Positions 1 through 11,493 are shown, counted from the first letter of the stretch. The stretch: DNA of 64,000 nt from an uncultured Candidatus Saccharibacteria bacterium (GCA_964354985.1 CAYHBR010000001.1:18407-82406), one strand, 5' to 3'. The notes: a model not told the origin generated them from the sequence alone. Numbers and translations are program-made.

Positions 1-938
1 ACTTTCTCAACTTCGATTCCCATTTCAGTTGCGATTTCTTCTGGCAGTGGGTCGCGACCGAGGTCTTGTGCTAAACGGCGGGAGACTTGTTTGTATTTAG
101 AAATAGTTTCCACCATGTGCACAGGAATACGGATTGTGCGTGACTGGTCAGCAAGCGCACGAGTTATCGACTGACGAATCCACCAAGTTGCATAAGTCGA
201 AAATTTAAAACCCTTATGGTAATCGAATTTTTCAACAGCTTTAAACAAGCCGAGGTTACCTTCTTGAATGAGGTCGAGCAAAGTTAAGTCAGGTGAACGA
301 CCAACATATTTTTTGGCGAGCGAGACGACGAGACGAAGATTCGCGCGAGCGAGCAAGTTTTTGGCTTCCTTGTCACCTTCTTCGATACGCTTCGCGAGCT
401 CGCGCTCTTCGGCTGCGACAAGCAGAGGATATTGACCAATTTCCTTCAAGTAAATCTGAATCGAGTCATAGGCTGTTGCTTCGCGACCAGTCTTTGCTGG
501 CACCAAGTCGGTAGCGTCGACATCGAGCAAGTTTCCGCCTTCAAGCACATCAATACCGGCAACAGAAAACTTATCGTAAAGTTTATCGAGAAACATAATG
601 TTGTTCTCTATGTCTGGGAAAAATTTCAAAATCTCATCATAAGTAATAAATCCGCGCTTCTTGCCTTTGAGAATCAATTCATCGGACTTCAAATCGAGGA
701 GCTTTGACCGCTTTTCAGAAGCTGAAAGTTTTTCTTGCTTTCCTGATTTTGCAATCGGATTATTGTTCGGCTTGTTAATTGTCTTTTTGATTGCTTTCTT
801 TTCTATTTTTTTAGCAACCACTTTTTTAACAATTTTTTTCACTGCCTTCTTTACAGCTGTTTTTTTCACCAATTTTTTAACCGCCTTTTTTGCTGGTTTA
901 CTTGTTGGCTTTTTTGTTTTCTTGATTGGTTTTTTCAT
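1..938 (-). CDS. rpoD: RNA polymerase sigma-70 factor RpoD (partial; the gene start is at 938 and the C-terminal part runs off the left edge of the window)
   Basis: Minus-strand translation of 1-300 gives sigma-70 region 2-4 motifs (..[35 protein letters not shown]..). The Lys-rich N-terminus starts at the ATG at 938..936, overlapping the dnaG stop (TAATG). dnaG-rpoD is the classical order. Confidence 0.85.
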   Translation of the reverse strand, partial: MKKPIKKTKKPTSKPAKKAVKKLVKKTAVKKAVKKIVKKVVAKKIEKKAIKKTINKPNNNPIAKSGKQEKLSASEKRSKLLDLKSDELILKGKKRGFITYDEILKFFPDIENNIMFLDKLYDKFSVAGIDVLEGGNLLDVDATDLVPAKTGREATAYDSIQIYLKEIGQYPLLVAAEERELAKRIEEGDKEAKNLLARANLRLVVSLAKKYVGRSPDLTLLDLIQEGNLGLFKAVEKFDYHKGFKFSTYATWWIRQSITRALADQSRTIRIPVHMVETISKYKQVSRRLAQDLGRDPLPEEIATEMGIEVEK

Positions 939-2701
939 TATAGCTCCGTCGTTTGACGATTATTTTTAATCTGATAAATTCTCTCTCCTAGATTTTTTAG
1001 TTCAGAATACAGTACTTTGGCTTTTACCTCATCTTTATTTTGTTCTGCTTCTCTCATTTTTTTTAGTACACCTGATAATAATTCTTCATTATGAGCAAGT
1101 AACAATGTTGAGATAAGTTCAGAGGCAATAATATCGAGCTTTTCACTTTCACTATAATAGAGTTCGGCTTCTAGCGCGAGCGAAGAAATCCTGTCTTCTG
1201 AAAGTTTACTTGAGAATTCTTCGAACGAAGTGTTCATTGCTTCAGCAAACTCTGTCTTAATATTATTTAAATCTACTTTAGAGTGAAATACTTTTTCAAA
1301 TCCGACTATTCTCTCAGCGGCTTCTTCTTTGGCGGTTCTTGATTTTGGTGGTGACGTTTCTTTTGATAATTCTGATGAACCATCTCGCATTGCTTGGGTG
1401 TTTACTTGAATTATTTTTTTCAAGTCTTCTCTCACAGAAGTTTCTGGAATATCGAAAACCTCACTGACTCTTTTTATATAATATGACTGATCCATATTTC
1501 CAGAAAGAACTGCGACAAGTGGTAACACTTCTTCTTTGGATCTTTTTATCTGACCCCGACCAGGCTCAGCCGTGCGTTTTATTGAACTTATTAAATAATC
1601 AATAACAGGTTCGGCTTTCGCAAGAGCTTTTTTCCAGATTTCTGGATCGTCTTTTATGACATCGGCGGGATCTTTTGCGGTTTTAGAATCAGCTAATTCG
1701 GTAGTAATTGTAATCGCCTTAGCTTCTATTCCGATTTCAAAAGAAAGTGTCGCAGCTTTTCGTAATGCTGACTGCCCTGCTTTGTCATTGTCAAAACAAA
1801 AAATAACATTATCTGTGAATCGTTTCAGCAATCTCAAATGTTCTTCTGTTAGTGCTGTACCGGAAACTGCAACTACGTTTTGATTGCCCGCCTGGTGAAC
1901 CATTATTGTGTCCATCTGACCTTCAACAACTATAACTTTTCCTTCTTTCAAGATTGCAGATTTTGCTAAATCAAGACCAAAGAGAACTGATGATTTGTGG
2001 AAAAGTGGAGTTTCTGGAGAATTAACATATTTTCCCATTTGATCATCACCACCCGGTAAAACGCGGCCAGTGAAGGCAATTGGTTTTCCTTGCGTAGAAG
2101 ATATCGGGAACATAATGCGATTTCGAAAACGGTCATACGAATTATTATTCTGAGTATTATTTTTTCCGGGTATGGCTAGTCCTGCTTTTTCAAGCAAGCT
2201 ATCTTTCCAGCCTTTTTGACGAAGATAGTTTGTAAGATTTGACCAACCATCAGGAGCAAAGCCAATGCGAAATGTTTTTGCCGTTTCGCCGGTTATACCG
2301 CGTGATTTTAAATAATCGATTGCAATTTTTGACTTACGGAGCTCCCCTTCGTAAAATTTTGTAGAAGCTTCGAGTACATCGTAGAGCATAGATTTCTCTC
2401 CGCCGTCGCGTTTGGCGCTGTTATCGAGGGTTAAGCCGGCGCGCTCGGCTAAAAGCCGTAGCGCGCCGGGAAAGTCTAACCCCTCTATCTCCTGCACAAA
2501 ACTAAATATATCCCCGCCTTTCGCGCAACCAAAACAATGATAAGTATTCCTCGTTGGAGAAAGCATAAACGAAGGCGTTCGCTCGCTGTGAAAAGGACAT
2601 TTGGCTTTGTAATATATTCCAGATCTTTCAAGTTTGACGTACGAAGAAACCACATCAACAATGGAGAGCTTCTCTTTAATTTGATCAAGTGGAGTGCTCA
2701 T
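938..2701 (-). CDS. dnaG: DNA primase DnaG
   Basis: 587 aa. N-terminal CHC2 zinc finger ([16 protein letters not shown]) and a Toprim region ([15 protein letters not shown]). Confidence 0.9.
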   Translation of the reverse strand: MSTPLDQIKEKLSIVDVVSSYVKLERSGIYYKAKCPFHSERTPSFMLSPTRNTYHCFGCAKGGDIFSFVQEIEGLDFPGALRLLAERAGLTLDNSAKRDGGEKSMLYDVLEASTKFYEGELRKSKIAIDYLKSRGITGETAKTFRIGFAPDGWSNLTNYLRQKGWKDSLLEKAGLAIPGKNNTQNNNSYDRFRNRIMFPISSTQGKPIAFTGRVLPGGDDQMGKYVNSPETPLFHKSSVLFGLDLAKSAILKEGKVIVVEGQMDTIMVHQAGNQNVVAVSGTALTEEHLRLLKRFTDNVIFCFDNDKAGQSALRKAATLSFEIGIEAKAITITTELADSKTAKDPADVIKDDPEIWKKALAKAEPVIDYLISSIKRTAEPGRGQIKRSKEEVLPLVAVLSGNMDQSYYIKRVSEVFDIPETSVREDLKKIIQVNTQAMRDGSSELSKETSPPKSRTAKEEAAERIVGFEKVFHSKVDLNNIKTEFAEAMNTSFEEFSSKLSEDRISSLALEAELYYSESEKLDIIASELISTLLLAHNEELLSGVLKKMREAEQNKDEVKAKVLYSELKNLGERIYQIKNNRQTTEL

Positions 2702-2736
2702 ACAACTTTTTATACAGTTTTACCTGACAACTAATA

Positions 2737-5700
2737 TTATTTATTTTTTTTCTTTGCGAGTGCGTCCTGTTGAGCCTTGAAACCGGTACCAGCTGGGATA
2801 AGTCTTCCGATAATAACGTTTTCCATCAGACCACGGAGTCTGTCTTCTCCACCTTTTACGGCGTTTGCAATAAGCACACGGTTTGTATTTTGGAACGAAG
2901 CGGCGGCAAGCCAACTCTGGGTATTGAGCGAAGCTTCAGTAATACCAAGAACGATCATATCGCCTTTGGCTTCTTCAAGGCCTGCTTCTTTCATTTTGCG
3001 GTTTTCTTCAACCAACTCGATATTTTCAACAACTTCACCTGGTGAAAATGTTGTATCTCCTGGCTGTTTAATTTTTCGGCGTGAGAACATTTGGCGAATG
3101 ATTATTTCGATATGTTTTTTCGAAATCGAAGCACCCTGAAGTTCGTAAACTTTCATTATTTCGTCGATGATATATCTTTCTGCCTGATCCTTGCCTCCAA
3201 AATTAAATATATCAGTGATGTCAGCAGAACCATCTGTCAAAATTTGACCAGCAACTATTTTCTGACCAACCTTTGTGTGCAAAGTTCTGTTTGAGCCAAT
3301 TGTATATTCAATAGTATTTGATTTACCAACTTGTACATCGGAAAGTACGACAAGAATTTTTTCTTTTCCATCTACTCGAATTTCCATAACTTCTCCGTCA
3401 GTTTCAGCAACAACAGCAAGCGCACGATGAGGGCGACGTCGTTCAAAGATTTCTTCAATACGAGGCAGACCTTGTGTAATATCGACACCCGCGACACCAC
3501 CGGCGTGGAAGGTTCGAAGAGTAAGCTGAGTACCAGGCTCACCAATAGCTTGCGCTGCAATAATACCGACAGCTTCACCGAGATCTACCATATGGTTGCG
3601 ACCGAGGTCTAGACCGTAACAAAGTTTACAAAGACCATAAACAGTTTTACAAGTAAGTGGTGAACGAACCATCGCTTCTTTGACACCAATTTCCTGAATC
3701 TTAACAGCGTCTTCTTTTGTAATAAGAGTTCCGGATTTGTAAATTACTTTGCCTTCATCATCTTTAAGATCAGCAGCGAGTACGCGACCACGGATATTTT
3801 TTGAAAGCGGAATAGTGATACCGGAGATAATATCTTCGCGAGCAATTCGGCCTTCTTTTGTACCGCAGTCTTCTTCGGTAATACGCACATCTTGAGCGGC
3901 AACAACCAAACGACGAGTAAGGTAACCGGCGCGAGCAGTGTTGAGTGCTGTGTCGGCAAGACCTTTGCGAGCGCCGTGAGTAGTAATGAAGTATTCAATT
4001 GGAGATAGACCTTCTTTGTACGAAGGAACAATAGGGAAATCAATTGTGCGTCCGGCAGTGTTTACAATGAGTCCTTTCATTCCAGCCATCTGAGTTAGGT
4101 TTGACATCGAACCTCGAGCACCAGAGCGAAGCATGTCTTCGACAGAACCATTTTTCTCAAGGGTTCCTGGAAGCATTTTTTCGATTTCTATTTTTACTCC
4201 ATCCCAAATTTCAATTATCTTACGGTATCTTTCATCAACAGAAATAAGACCGTCATTGAATTGTGAGAACACTTCTTCTTCCATCTTTCTTCCCTTTTCA
4301 ATAACAGCTTTTTTGCCTTCTGGAACTTTAACATTGTCGATACCCCAAGTTATGCCGGCTTTAGTTATAAACTTGTAACCAAAGTTTTTAATTTTATCCA
4401 GAATTATTGGAGTCGCATCAATACCATAGCGATAAATAACTTCATCGATAAGTGCTGAAATACGCTTTTGGTTCATTTCTTCATTTAGAAATGGCATATC
4501 AGCTGGCAAGATTGCATTGAACAAAAGTCGTCCAACTGTTGTTTCAAACACCTTTCCGCCATAGACAGAATATTTTTCTTTTTCTGTTCCAAGAACTTTG
4601 ATTTTTGAACGGAATGAGATTTCGTTAAATTCATTAGCCATTATCGCTTGGTTTGGACTCGCATAATATTTTCCTTCATTTTTTTCACCATCAACAGACT
4701 TGGTCATCCAATAACAACCGAGCGCAATATCAAGCAATTTAACAGAAACGATAGGGTCACCATTTTGTGGCTTAAGCAAATTTTTATTTGAAGCCATCAA
4801 ATCATGAGCTTCTTTCTGAGCTTCGTCTGAAAGTGGAACATAAACAGCCATCTGGTCACCGTCGAAGTCAGCGTTGTAAGCCGAACAAACAAGTGGGTGA
4901 ACTTGGATAGCATTGCCTTCAATAAGAACTGGGTGGAAAGCCTGAATACCAAGTCGGTGAAGAGTTGGTGCACGGTTTAGCAGAACATATTTTCCTTCAA
5001 TAACTTCTTCGAGAATTGCCCAAACTTCTGGCACACCTTCTTCAATAAGTCGGTTTGCACCCTTTGTATTGTGAGCATGCTCATACTTTATGAGTTTCGC
5101 AATAACAAATGGGCGGAAAAGTTCGAGTGCCATATGTTTTGGTAAACCACATTGATCAAGTCGAAGCTGAGGACCAACAACGATAACAGATCGTCCTGAG
5201 TAGTCGACGCGTTTTCCAAGCAAGTTTTGTCGGAACAAACCTTGTTTTGATTTTAGGTTATCTGAAAGTGATTTGAGAGCACGGCGCTGAGACTGACTCA
5301 TTGCCTGACTATCACCCTGACTTGTGATCGAGTTATCAAAAAGTGCATCAACTGCTTCTTGCAGAATACGTTTTTCGTTACGCAAAATAACATCTGGTGC
5401 ACCGATTTCTTTAAGTTTTCGGAGACGATTGTTTCGGTTTATGACACGACGATAAAGATCGTTGACATCAGAAGTTGCGTGGCGTCCGCCTTCGAGAGCA
5501 ACCATTGGACGAAGTGCTGGTGGAATAACTGGGATAGCTGTCATAAACATCCACTCTGGACGTAGGTTTGCTGTGTGCATTGAGCGAACTAAACCAATTC
5601 TCTTTTGAAGTTTTTCACGTTCAACAGAACTCGCCTTCTCAACTTTTTCTTCACATTTTTCAAGCAATTTCTTAAGATCAATGTTTTTGAATAAATTGAA

Positions 5701-6354
5701 AATTGCTTCAGCTCCGATTGAGGCCTCAAAACATGTTCCGTATTTTAGACTGTAGTGGTGGTAAGAAATTTCATTCAAAACTTTACCTTCGTGAATTTCA
5801 CCGATTTCTTTTTTGATGTTTGTGAGAAGTTCTTTGAGTCGTTCCTTTGTTTCTTCGTCACTGGCTGTCTTCATCTTTGTTTTGAATTCAGTTTCGACAT
5901 CTTTTAGAACAGTCGCTTTTTCGTCTTCGTAAACTTTGGTGACGATGTAGCCCGCGAAATAAATAACCTTTTCGAGATCGGTTATTGGAATACCAGTAAG
6001 AATAGACATTCGGGATGGCACACCGCGAAGGAACCAAATGTGAGCAACAGGTGAAGCGAGTTCGATATGGCCCATGCGTTCGCGACGAACGACAGCCATT
6101 GTTATTTCAACTCCGCATTTTTCACAAATAATACCGGCGTAACGAATACGCTTGTATTTTCCGCAGTAACACTCGTAATCTTTTTCTGGACCAAACACTC
6201 GTTCGTCGAAAAGACCTCCGCGCTCAGATCGTCCGGTACGATAGTTGATTGTTTCAGGTTTCGTAACCTCGCCATAACTCCATTCACGAATTCGCTCTGG
6301 GCTAGCCATTTTGAGCGTAATGTAGTCGAAACTTGTTGTATCTAGTGTTTTCAT
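2737..6354 (-). CDS. rpoC: DNA-directed RNA polymerase subunit beta-prime
   Basis: 1205 aa. NADFDGDQMAV catalytic motif and typical beta-prime conserved blocks. Confidence 0.95.
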   Translation of the reverse strand: MKTLDTTSFDYITLKMASPERIREWSYGEVTKPETINYRTGRSERGGLFDERVFGPEKDYECYCGKYKRIRYAGIICEKCGVEITMAVVRRERMGHIELASPVAHIWFLRGVPSRMSILTGIPITDLEKVIYFAGYIVTKVYEDEKATVLKDVETEFKTKMKTASDEETKERLKELLTNIKKEIGEIHEGKVLNEISYHHYSLKYGTCFEASIGAEAIFNLFKNIDLKKLLEKCEEKVEKASSVEREKLQKRIGLVRSMHTANLRPEWMFMTAIPVIPPALRPMVALEGGRHATSDVNDLYRRVINRNNRLRKLKEIGAPDVILRNEKRILQEAVDALFDNSITSQGDSQAMSQSQRRALKSLSDNLKSKQGLFRQNLLGKRVDYSGRSVIVVGPQLRLDQCGLPKHMALELFRPFVIAKLIKYEHAHNTKGANRLIEEGVPEVWAILEEVIEGKYVLLNRAPTLHRLGIQAFHPVLIEGNAIQVHPLVCSAYNADFDGDQMAVYVPLSDEAQKEAHDLMASNKNLLKPQNGDPIVSVKLLDIALGCYWMTKSVDGEKNEGKYYASPNQAIMANEFNEISFRSKIKVLGTEKEKYSVYGGKVFETTVGRLLFNAILPADMPFLNEEMNQKRISALIDEVIYRYGIDATPIILDKIKNFGYKFITKAGITWGIDNVKVPEGKKAVIEKGRKMEEEVFSQFNDGLISVDERYRKIIEIWDGVKIEIEKMLPGTLEKNGSVEDMLRSGARGSMSNLTQMAGMKGLIVNTAGRTIDFPIVPSYKEGLSPIEYFITTHGARKGLADTALNTARAGYLTRRLVVAAQDVRITEEDCGTKEGRIAREDIISGITIPLSKNIRGRVLAADLKDDEGKVIYKSGTLITKEDAVKIQEIGVKEAMVRSPLTCKTVYGLCKLCYGLDLGRNHMVDLGEAVGIIAAQAIGEPGTQLTLRTFHAGGVAGVDITQGLPRIEEIFERRRPHRALAVVAETDGEVMEIRVDGKEKILVVLSDVQVGKSNTIEYTIGSNRTLHTKVGQKIVAGQILTDGSADITDIFNFGGKDQAERYIIDEIMKVYELQGASISKKHIEIIIRQMFSRRKIKQPGDTTFSPGEVVENIELVEENRKMKEAGLEEAKGDMIVLGITEASLNTQSWLAAASFQNTNRVLIANAVKGGEDRLRGLMENVIIGRLIPAGTGFKAQQDALAKKKNK

Positions 6355-6389
6355 AATTATTTTAGATTGAATTTTCGCCAGCCGGCGAA

Positions 6390-9300
6390 TTAGGCTTCAT
6401 CTTCATTACTAATAACGACCGGTTTATCACTTCGGAGTTCGACATCGAGAGCAAGACCGCGTAGGTAGTTGAGCATGACCTGGAATGACGCTGGTGAATT
6501 TGGCTCTTTTATCGATTCTCCTTTTATGATTGATTTGAAGGTTTCTGTTCGACCCTTTATATCGTCCGATTTAACTGTGATCATTTCGCGAAGAGTATAG
6601 GCAGCTCCGTAACCTTCGAGTGCCCAGACTTCCATTTCTCCAAATCTCTGACCTCCACCTTGTGCTTTACCGCCGAGAGGTTGCTGAGTAATAAGAGAGT
6701 AAGGACCGATAGAACGCATGTGAATCTTGTCTTCAACCATGTGGTGCAGTTTCAAAATATACATGTATCCGATAGCAATATCTTGTTCGAAGTGTTCGCC
6801 TGTTCGTCCATCGAAAAGTTTAACTTTACCGTTTTCTGGCAAGCCAGCTTTTACAAGCTCTTCTTTGATTTCAACATCAGTTGCACCAGAAAATGGTGGG
6901 ACGATGGCCTGATAGCCAAGAGTGTGCGCGGCAATTCCAAGATGCATTTCAAGAATCTGTCCGAGGTTCATACGAGACGGAACACCAAGTGGAGTAAGGA
7001 TAATATCAATAGGAGTACCATCTGCCATGTGTGGCATATCTTCTTCGGGCAAGATTGTCGAAATAACACCTTTGTTTCCGTGGCGTCCTGCGAGTTTGTC
7101 TCCAACTGAAATATTTCTAACCTGTGCTAGCTCGATAACAACTTTTTTTATAATACCTGACTCAAGTTGGTGTCCTTGTGCACGAGAAAAAATCTTGACT
7201 GAAATAACGCGTCCGCGCTTTCCGTGTTCAAGACGAAGTGATGTGTCTTTTACGTCGCGTGCTTTTTCAGCAAAAATAGAGCGGAGGAGTCTTTCTTCTG
7301 GAGTAAGTTCTGTCTCACCTTTTGGAGTAATTTTTCCAACAAGAATATCATTTTCGCGAACTTCAGCGCCGATACGAACAATACCTTCTTCGTCGAGGTC
7401 TTTAAGTTTAGCTTCAGAAACGTTCGGAATATCACGAGTAGTTATTTCAGGTCCGAGTTTTGTATCGCGAACGGTCGAAACGAATTCTTCGATGTGAATA
7501 GATGTAAATTTACTATGTTTAACAAGTCTTTCAGAAAGAATGATAGCGTCTTCGTAGTTTGAACCATTCCAACTCATGAAAGCCACGAGTGCATTTTGAC
7601 CAATAGCTATTTGTCCACCGTCAGAAGTCGAAGTATCAGCAAGCAATTCACCTTTCTTAACTTTTTGACCAACAGAAACAACAGGACGCTGGTGATATGA
7701 AGTGAAATAGTTTGTTCGCTCGAAGTTTACGAGGGTGTATCCAACTTTTTTGCCTGACTTTGTGCCTTCAACAATAATATGTTTAGCATCAACAGCGACA
7801 ACGGTACCTTCTTCAGCTGACATAACAAGACGGCCTGTGTCTTTTGCAGCGAGTTGTTCAATACCAGTAGCAACAAGTGGAGCTTCTGGAACAATACAAG
7901 GAAGCGCCTGTTTTTGCATGTTCGAACCCATCAGTGCGCGGTTTGCGTCATCGTGTTCGAGAAATGGAATCATGCTTGTCGCAATAGAAAATGCTTGGTT
8001 AGTCGCGACATCCATGTAGTCAACTTTTTCTCGCTCAATCAAACCTGGGGAAGTTTTGACGCGGGCTTCTACTCGAGCATCTAGCAAAACTCCTTTGTCA
8101 TCATATTTAACTCCGGCATGTGCAATGTTGTAACTTTCTTCTTCAAGCGCATTCATATAGACGATTTCGCCTGTGATTTTTCCATTTTTTACTTTTACGT
8201 ACGGGGTTTCGATTATTCCAAATTCATTTACGCGAGCATAAATAGACAAGTGAAGAATAAGACCAATGTTTGGACCTTCTGGAGTGTGGATTGGGCAAAC
8301 GCGACCGTAGTGAGAAGTGTGAACGTCACGAACTTCAAGTCCGGCACGCTCGCGGGAAAGACCGCCGGGACCAAGAGCCGAAAGAGTACGTAAGTGTTCT
8401 ATTTCGTCCATGATGTTATTTTGACTCATAAACTGAGAAAGCTGGTTTGTTGTGAAAAATTCTTTAATACGAGCTTGGAGTGGGCGCTGATTTATAATCT
8501 GAATAGGAAGAGCAGCAGTAGCATCAATAGTAGACATTCTGTCTTGAACATTTCGCTTGATCTGCATCATACCTGTTCGCATTTTTTGCTGGAGAAGTTC
8601 ACCAACAAAACGAACACGGCGCTGTGCCAAGTGGTCGATATCATCAGACTTTGAACCAGGAGTAGAATTTAGAACCATTAAGTTTTCAAGAATGGTAATA
8701 AGGTCATCGGCGTTGAGGGAACGACGCTCGAGGGATTTCTCATCCATTGGTTTTAGAAAGCGCTTGTTGAAACGGAAACGTCCGACTGGAGAAAGGTCGT
8801 ATCTTGTTGTTTCAAAAAGGGAATTTATAAATTCTTTAGCATTGTCTGGGGTAGCAAGGTCGCCATCTCGAAGACGCTTGTATATTTCAATATACGAAGC
8901 ACCGAGATCTTTGGCTGGATCTTTATCGATAGATAGTTTAATTATTTTTTTGTGTTCGTCCTTTTTGAAAAGTTCAATTATTTTGTCATCAGTATGAAGA
9001 CCGAGAACACGAATAAGTGACGCAATAGAAAACTTGCGCTTTTTATCAATGCGAACATAAATAGCACCGTCAACATCAGTTTCGATTTCTATCCAAACTC
9101 CGCGAGCTGGGATAATTTTCGCACCGAAAACACGTTTGCCTTTTAGTTCAGCTTCTGTAAAGAAAACGCCAAAAGAGCGGGCGAGCTGTGGCACGATGAC
9201 ACGCTCAACTCCGTTGATAATAAATGTTCCGTGACCTGTCATAAGTGGAACATCGGAAAGGAAAATTTCCTGTTCTTTGTCTACTCCACCAGAAACTTTG

Positions 9301-9629
9301 TTTGTTAGTTTGACGCGAGCTTTAATAGGAGCCTCATAAGAGACTTTATTTTCCTTTGCAAAAGCTTCATCAGTTTTTGGCTCACCTACCGAAAAAGACT
9401 CAAACGACAATTCAAACTTTTTGCCTGAATAATCGTGAATCGGTGAGAACTCTTTGAAAACCTCTTTCATTCCTTCCTCAATAAGCCATTGGTATGACGC
9501 TATTTGCGTATCCAAAAGATTAGGGAATTCGACGAACGGCTTTTTGTATTTCGAAAAATACTTCTTCTCACGCATACCCACTTGCCCTAGCGCAAAACCT
9601 TTTTTTATTTTCTCCATTAAAAAATGCAA
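6390..9629 (-). CDS. rpoB: DNA-directed RNA polymerase subunit beta
   Basis: 1079 aa. Conserved beta-subunit blocks (GEMEVWALEGYGAAY, NMQRQAVP-like region). It lies upstream of rpoC on the same strand. Confidence 0.95.
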   Translation of the reverse strand: MHFLMEKIKKGFALGQVGMREKKYFSKYKKPFVEFPNLLDTQIASYQWLIEEGMKEVFKEFSPIHDYSGKKFELSFESFSVGEPKTDEAFAKENKVSYEAPIKARVKLTNKVSGGVDKEQEIFLSDVPLMTGHGTFIINGVERVIVPQLARSFGVFFTEAELKGKRVFGAKIIPARGVWIEIETDVDGAIYVRIDKKRKFSIASLIRVLGLHTDDKIIELFKKDEHKKIIKLSIDKDPAKDLGASYIEIYKRLRDGDLATPDNAKEFINSLFETTRYDLSPVGRFRFNKRFLKPMDEKSLERRSLNADDLITILENLMVLNSTPGSKSDDIDHLAQRRVRFVGELLQQKMRTGMMQIKRNVQDRMSTIDATAALPIQIINQRPLQARIKEFFTTNQLSQFMSQNNIMDEIEHLRTLSALGPGGLSRERAGLEVRDVHTSHYGRVCPIHTPEGPNIGLILHLSIYARVNEFGIIETPYVKVKNGKITGEIVYMNALEEESYNIAHAGVKYDDKGVLLDARVEARVKTSPGLIEREKVDYMDVATNQAFSIATSMIPFLEHDDANRALMGSNMQKQALPCIVPEAPLVATGIEQLAAKDTGRLVMSAEEGTVVAVDAKHIIVEGTKSGKKVGYTLVNFERTNYFTSYHQRPVVSVGQKVKKGELLADTSTSDGGQIAIGQNALVAFMSWNGSNYEDAIILSERLVKHSKFTSIHIEEFVSTVRDTKLGPEITTRDIPNVSEAKLKDLDEEGIVRIGAEVRENDILVGKITPKGETELTPEERLLRSIFAEKARDVKDTSLRLEHGKRGRVISVKIFSRAQGHQLESGIIKKVVIELAQVRNISVGDKLAGRHGNKGVISTILPEEDMPHMADGTPIDIILTPLGVPSRMNLGQILEMHLGIAAHTLGYQAIVPPFSGATDVEIKEELVKAGLPENGKVKLFDGRTGEHFEQDIAIGYMYILKLHHMVEDKIHMRSIGPYSLITQQPLGGKAQGGGQRFGEMEVWALEGYGAAYTLREMITVKSDDIKGRTETFKSIIKGESIKEPNSPASFQVMLNYLRGLALDVELRSDKPVVISNEDEA

Positions 9630-9832
9630 AAACGAGACGGCAAAAACGGCGACAAAACTTACGTCACCTTATTTTTCGGCTTATTTTCTTACTAATATTA
9701 AAATTTGCATAATACCTCTCCCTTGGTATTAGCTAGTAATGCTCCGCTTACGCGAAGTTGGTCGATTGAGGCCCCCATAACACAATCGTCAATCAGGCCC
9801 ATAGTATACACCCGAAAAAAGCTGTGTCAATA

Positions 9833-9858
9833 AAAAAACGGCCGAAATGACCGTTTTT
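9833..9858. terminator. A/T-flanked hairpin, a candidate bidirectional intrinsic terminator
   Basis: AAAAACGG-CCGAAATGA-CCGTTTTT. It lies downstream of the minus-strand ORF 9906..10247. Confidence 0.4.
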
Positions 9859-9905
9859 GAAAATTCACAGATACGCAACTCGGGCACTTCTTCGAAAACT
9901 GCACA

Positions 9906-10247
9906 TTACCGATGTCTTTCTGTATGCCTTTTGGTTAAATTCACTATATCCTGCCTGATTACATTTGAGGCAGTTTTAACCATAAATTTCGGGCAGTATC
10001 CTTTAACCACAACTCTACTAGAGTGAATAATTACTTCTCCTTTGATTTTAAAATTGAATATTTCAAAACTAAAAATTGCCTGATAATTTCTCCAAGGAGA
10101 AAATTGGGCTTTATCTATTTTCTCTCCGTGCTCTGCCCGGAGTCTTGTTATCCTATCTGCTATTCTGAGCCAGACGGTGTTTTGTGAAATTTCAGTGAAA
10201 GGCACTTCCACCACTATTTCAGCCATTGATGAATCCTTGTTTTCCAT
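9906..10247 (-). CDS. hypothetical protein (113 aa) at the position where rplS is expected after trmD
   Basis: Clean ORF in the ribosomal operon context. I do not recognise L19 motifs in it. Confidence 0.4.
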   Translation of the reverse strand: MENKDSSMAEIVVEVPFTEISQNTVWLRIADRITRLRAEHGEKIDKAQFSPWRNYQAIFSFEIFNFKIKGEVIIHSSRVVVKGYCPKFMVKTASNVIRQDIVNLTKRHTERHR

Positions 10248-10273
10248 TTTGACCTCCTTTTTCTATATTGTAC

Positions 10274-11053
10274 CTATTTTATATTTTTTGTCAATTTCCA
10301 CTTTTCTATTTCTTTGTGGTCACCCGATAGTAGAACCTTGGGAACTTTGTGCTTTTTGCCTTTCCATTCGAGTATTTCAGGGCGAGTGTAAAATTCGCTC
10401 GCTGAAATGCGTTCTTCTTCGAGTGATTCAAATTTTCCGAGCACTCCTTCTATTTGGCGAGAGATTGAATCTATTAAAATCATAGCTGGCAATTCCCCTC
10501 CTGTCAGAACATAGTCACCGACAGAAATATCTGCGTAATTTTTCACACCAACTTCTTTTTTAAGGATTGCGGCAACGCGCGCATCGATGCCTTCGTAGCG
10601 ACCAGAGATCATGATGATGTCAGTGTATTTCTGCGTCGAGTTTTTGGTTGAGTTTTTGGTTGAGTTTTTAGTAAAGTTTTTTACAAAATCTTTCGCCATA
10701 GCGGTGTCGAACTTTTTACCACTTGGTGAGAAATTTATAATTTTTATTTTAGGTTCTATTTTTTTTGAGGAGTTTTTATTTTTACTTGAAATTTTCTTTA
10801 TCGCAGCTTCAACTGCTTTTAGTACTGGTTCTGCGCGCAGGATCATTCCTGGGCCACCGCCGTATGGACGATCGTCGACAATACGCGAGACATTACCGTC
10901 AGGCCAGACCTTTTTATACTTCCCTGTTACAAATTGACGAGGATCATAAAAACTCACGCGGATCTTTTTCTCCTTAATAGCCCGCGCCAAAATAGACTCG
11001 GCTAGGTACGAGTCAAACATGTTTGGGAAAATGGTGATTATGTGAAAATGCAT
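10274..11053 (-). CDS. trmD: tRNA (guanine37-N1)-methyltransferase TrmD; the likely true start is MHFHIITIFPNMF, internal to the ORF-track ORF
   Basis: SPOUT-fold motifs (ITIFPNMF.., RYEGIDARV, DYVLTGGELPAMILIDS). It contains an in-frame low-complexity insert NSTKNSTKNSTKNST encoded by a 12-bp tandem repeat. Confidence 0.85.
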   Translation of the reverse strand: MHFHIITIFPNMFDSYLAESILARAIKEKKIRVSFYDPRQFVTGKYKKVWPDGNVSRIVDDRPYGGGPGMILRAEPVLKAVEAAIKKISSKNKNSSKKIEPKIKIINFSPSGKKFDTAMAKDFVKNFTKNSTKNSTKNSTQKYTDIIMISGRYEGIDARVAAILKKEVGVKNYADISVGDYVLTGGELPAMILIDSISRQIEGVLGKFESLEEERISASEFYTRPEILEWKGKKHKVPKVLLSGDHKEIEKWKLTKNIK

Positions 11054-11166
11054 ATACACAAGTACTTTAGCGGTTTTAAGGAGAAATGCAAACTTCGAAA
11101 AAGATAACTGCTGATAAAAAACCACCCATTCCTGGGTAGTTTTTTGAAAAAAAAATTTCGGTAAAT

Positions 11167-11493
11167 TTAGATTCCCTTCAAATCTTCCATTGCAGCATCT
11201 ATTGATGAAGCTTCTGTTGGAACTTGTTTTACTGGGCGCTCGTTTGAACCACCTTCTGGTTCGTTGATCTTGAGGTTGACGCGAGCATTGTTTTTCATAC
11301 CAATAACACGAAGCAATGTTCGGATAGCTTTGGCTGTGTGGCCATCGCGACCGATTATTTTACCCATATCGTCACGATTGACAGTAAGAGTAAGGAGAAC
11401 GCCCATTTCATCGACTGCGCGACCGATCTTTACATCGGCTGGATTATCAACTAGAGAACTGACAACATACTGTAGAAATTCTTGGTCTGACAT
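11167..11493 (-). CDS. KH-domain RNA-binding protein (KhpA/YlqC-like)
   Basis: 108 aa with the GKIIGRDGHTAKAIRTLL KH motif. It sits between rpsP and trmD as in the conserved operon. Confidence 0.75.
   Translation of the reverse strand: MSDQEFLQYVVSSLVDNPADVKIGRAVDEMGVLLTLTVNRDDMGKIIGRDGHTAKAIRTLLRVIGMKNNARVNLKINEPEGGSNERPVKQVPTEASSIDAAMEDLKGI

Noticed and set aside
661-969. Plus-strand 102-aa hydrophobic ORF at the rpoD/dnaG junction and similar small overlapping ORFs (293..514, 432..707)
   Set aside because: They are antisense to the Lys-rich N-terminus of rpoD, a compositional artefact.
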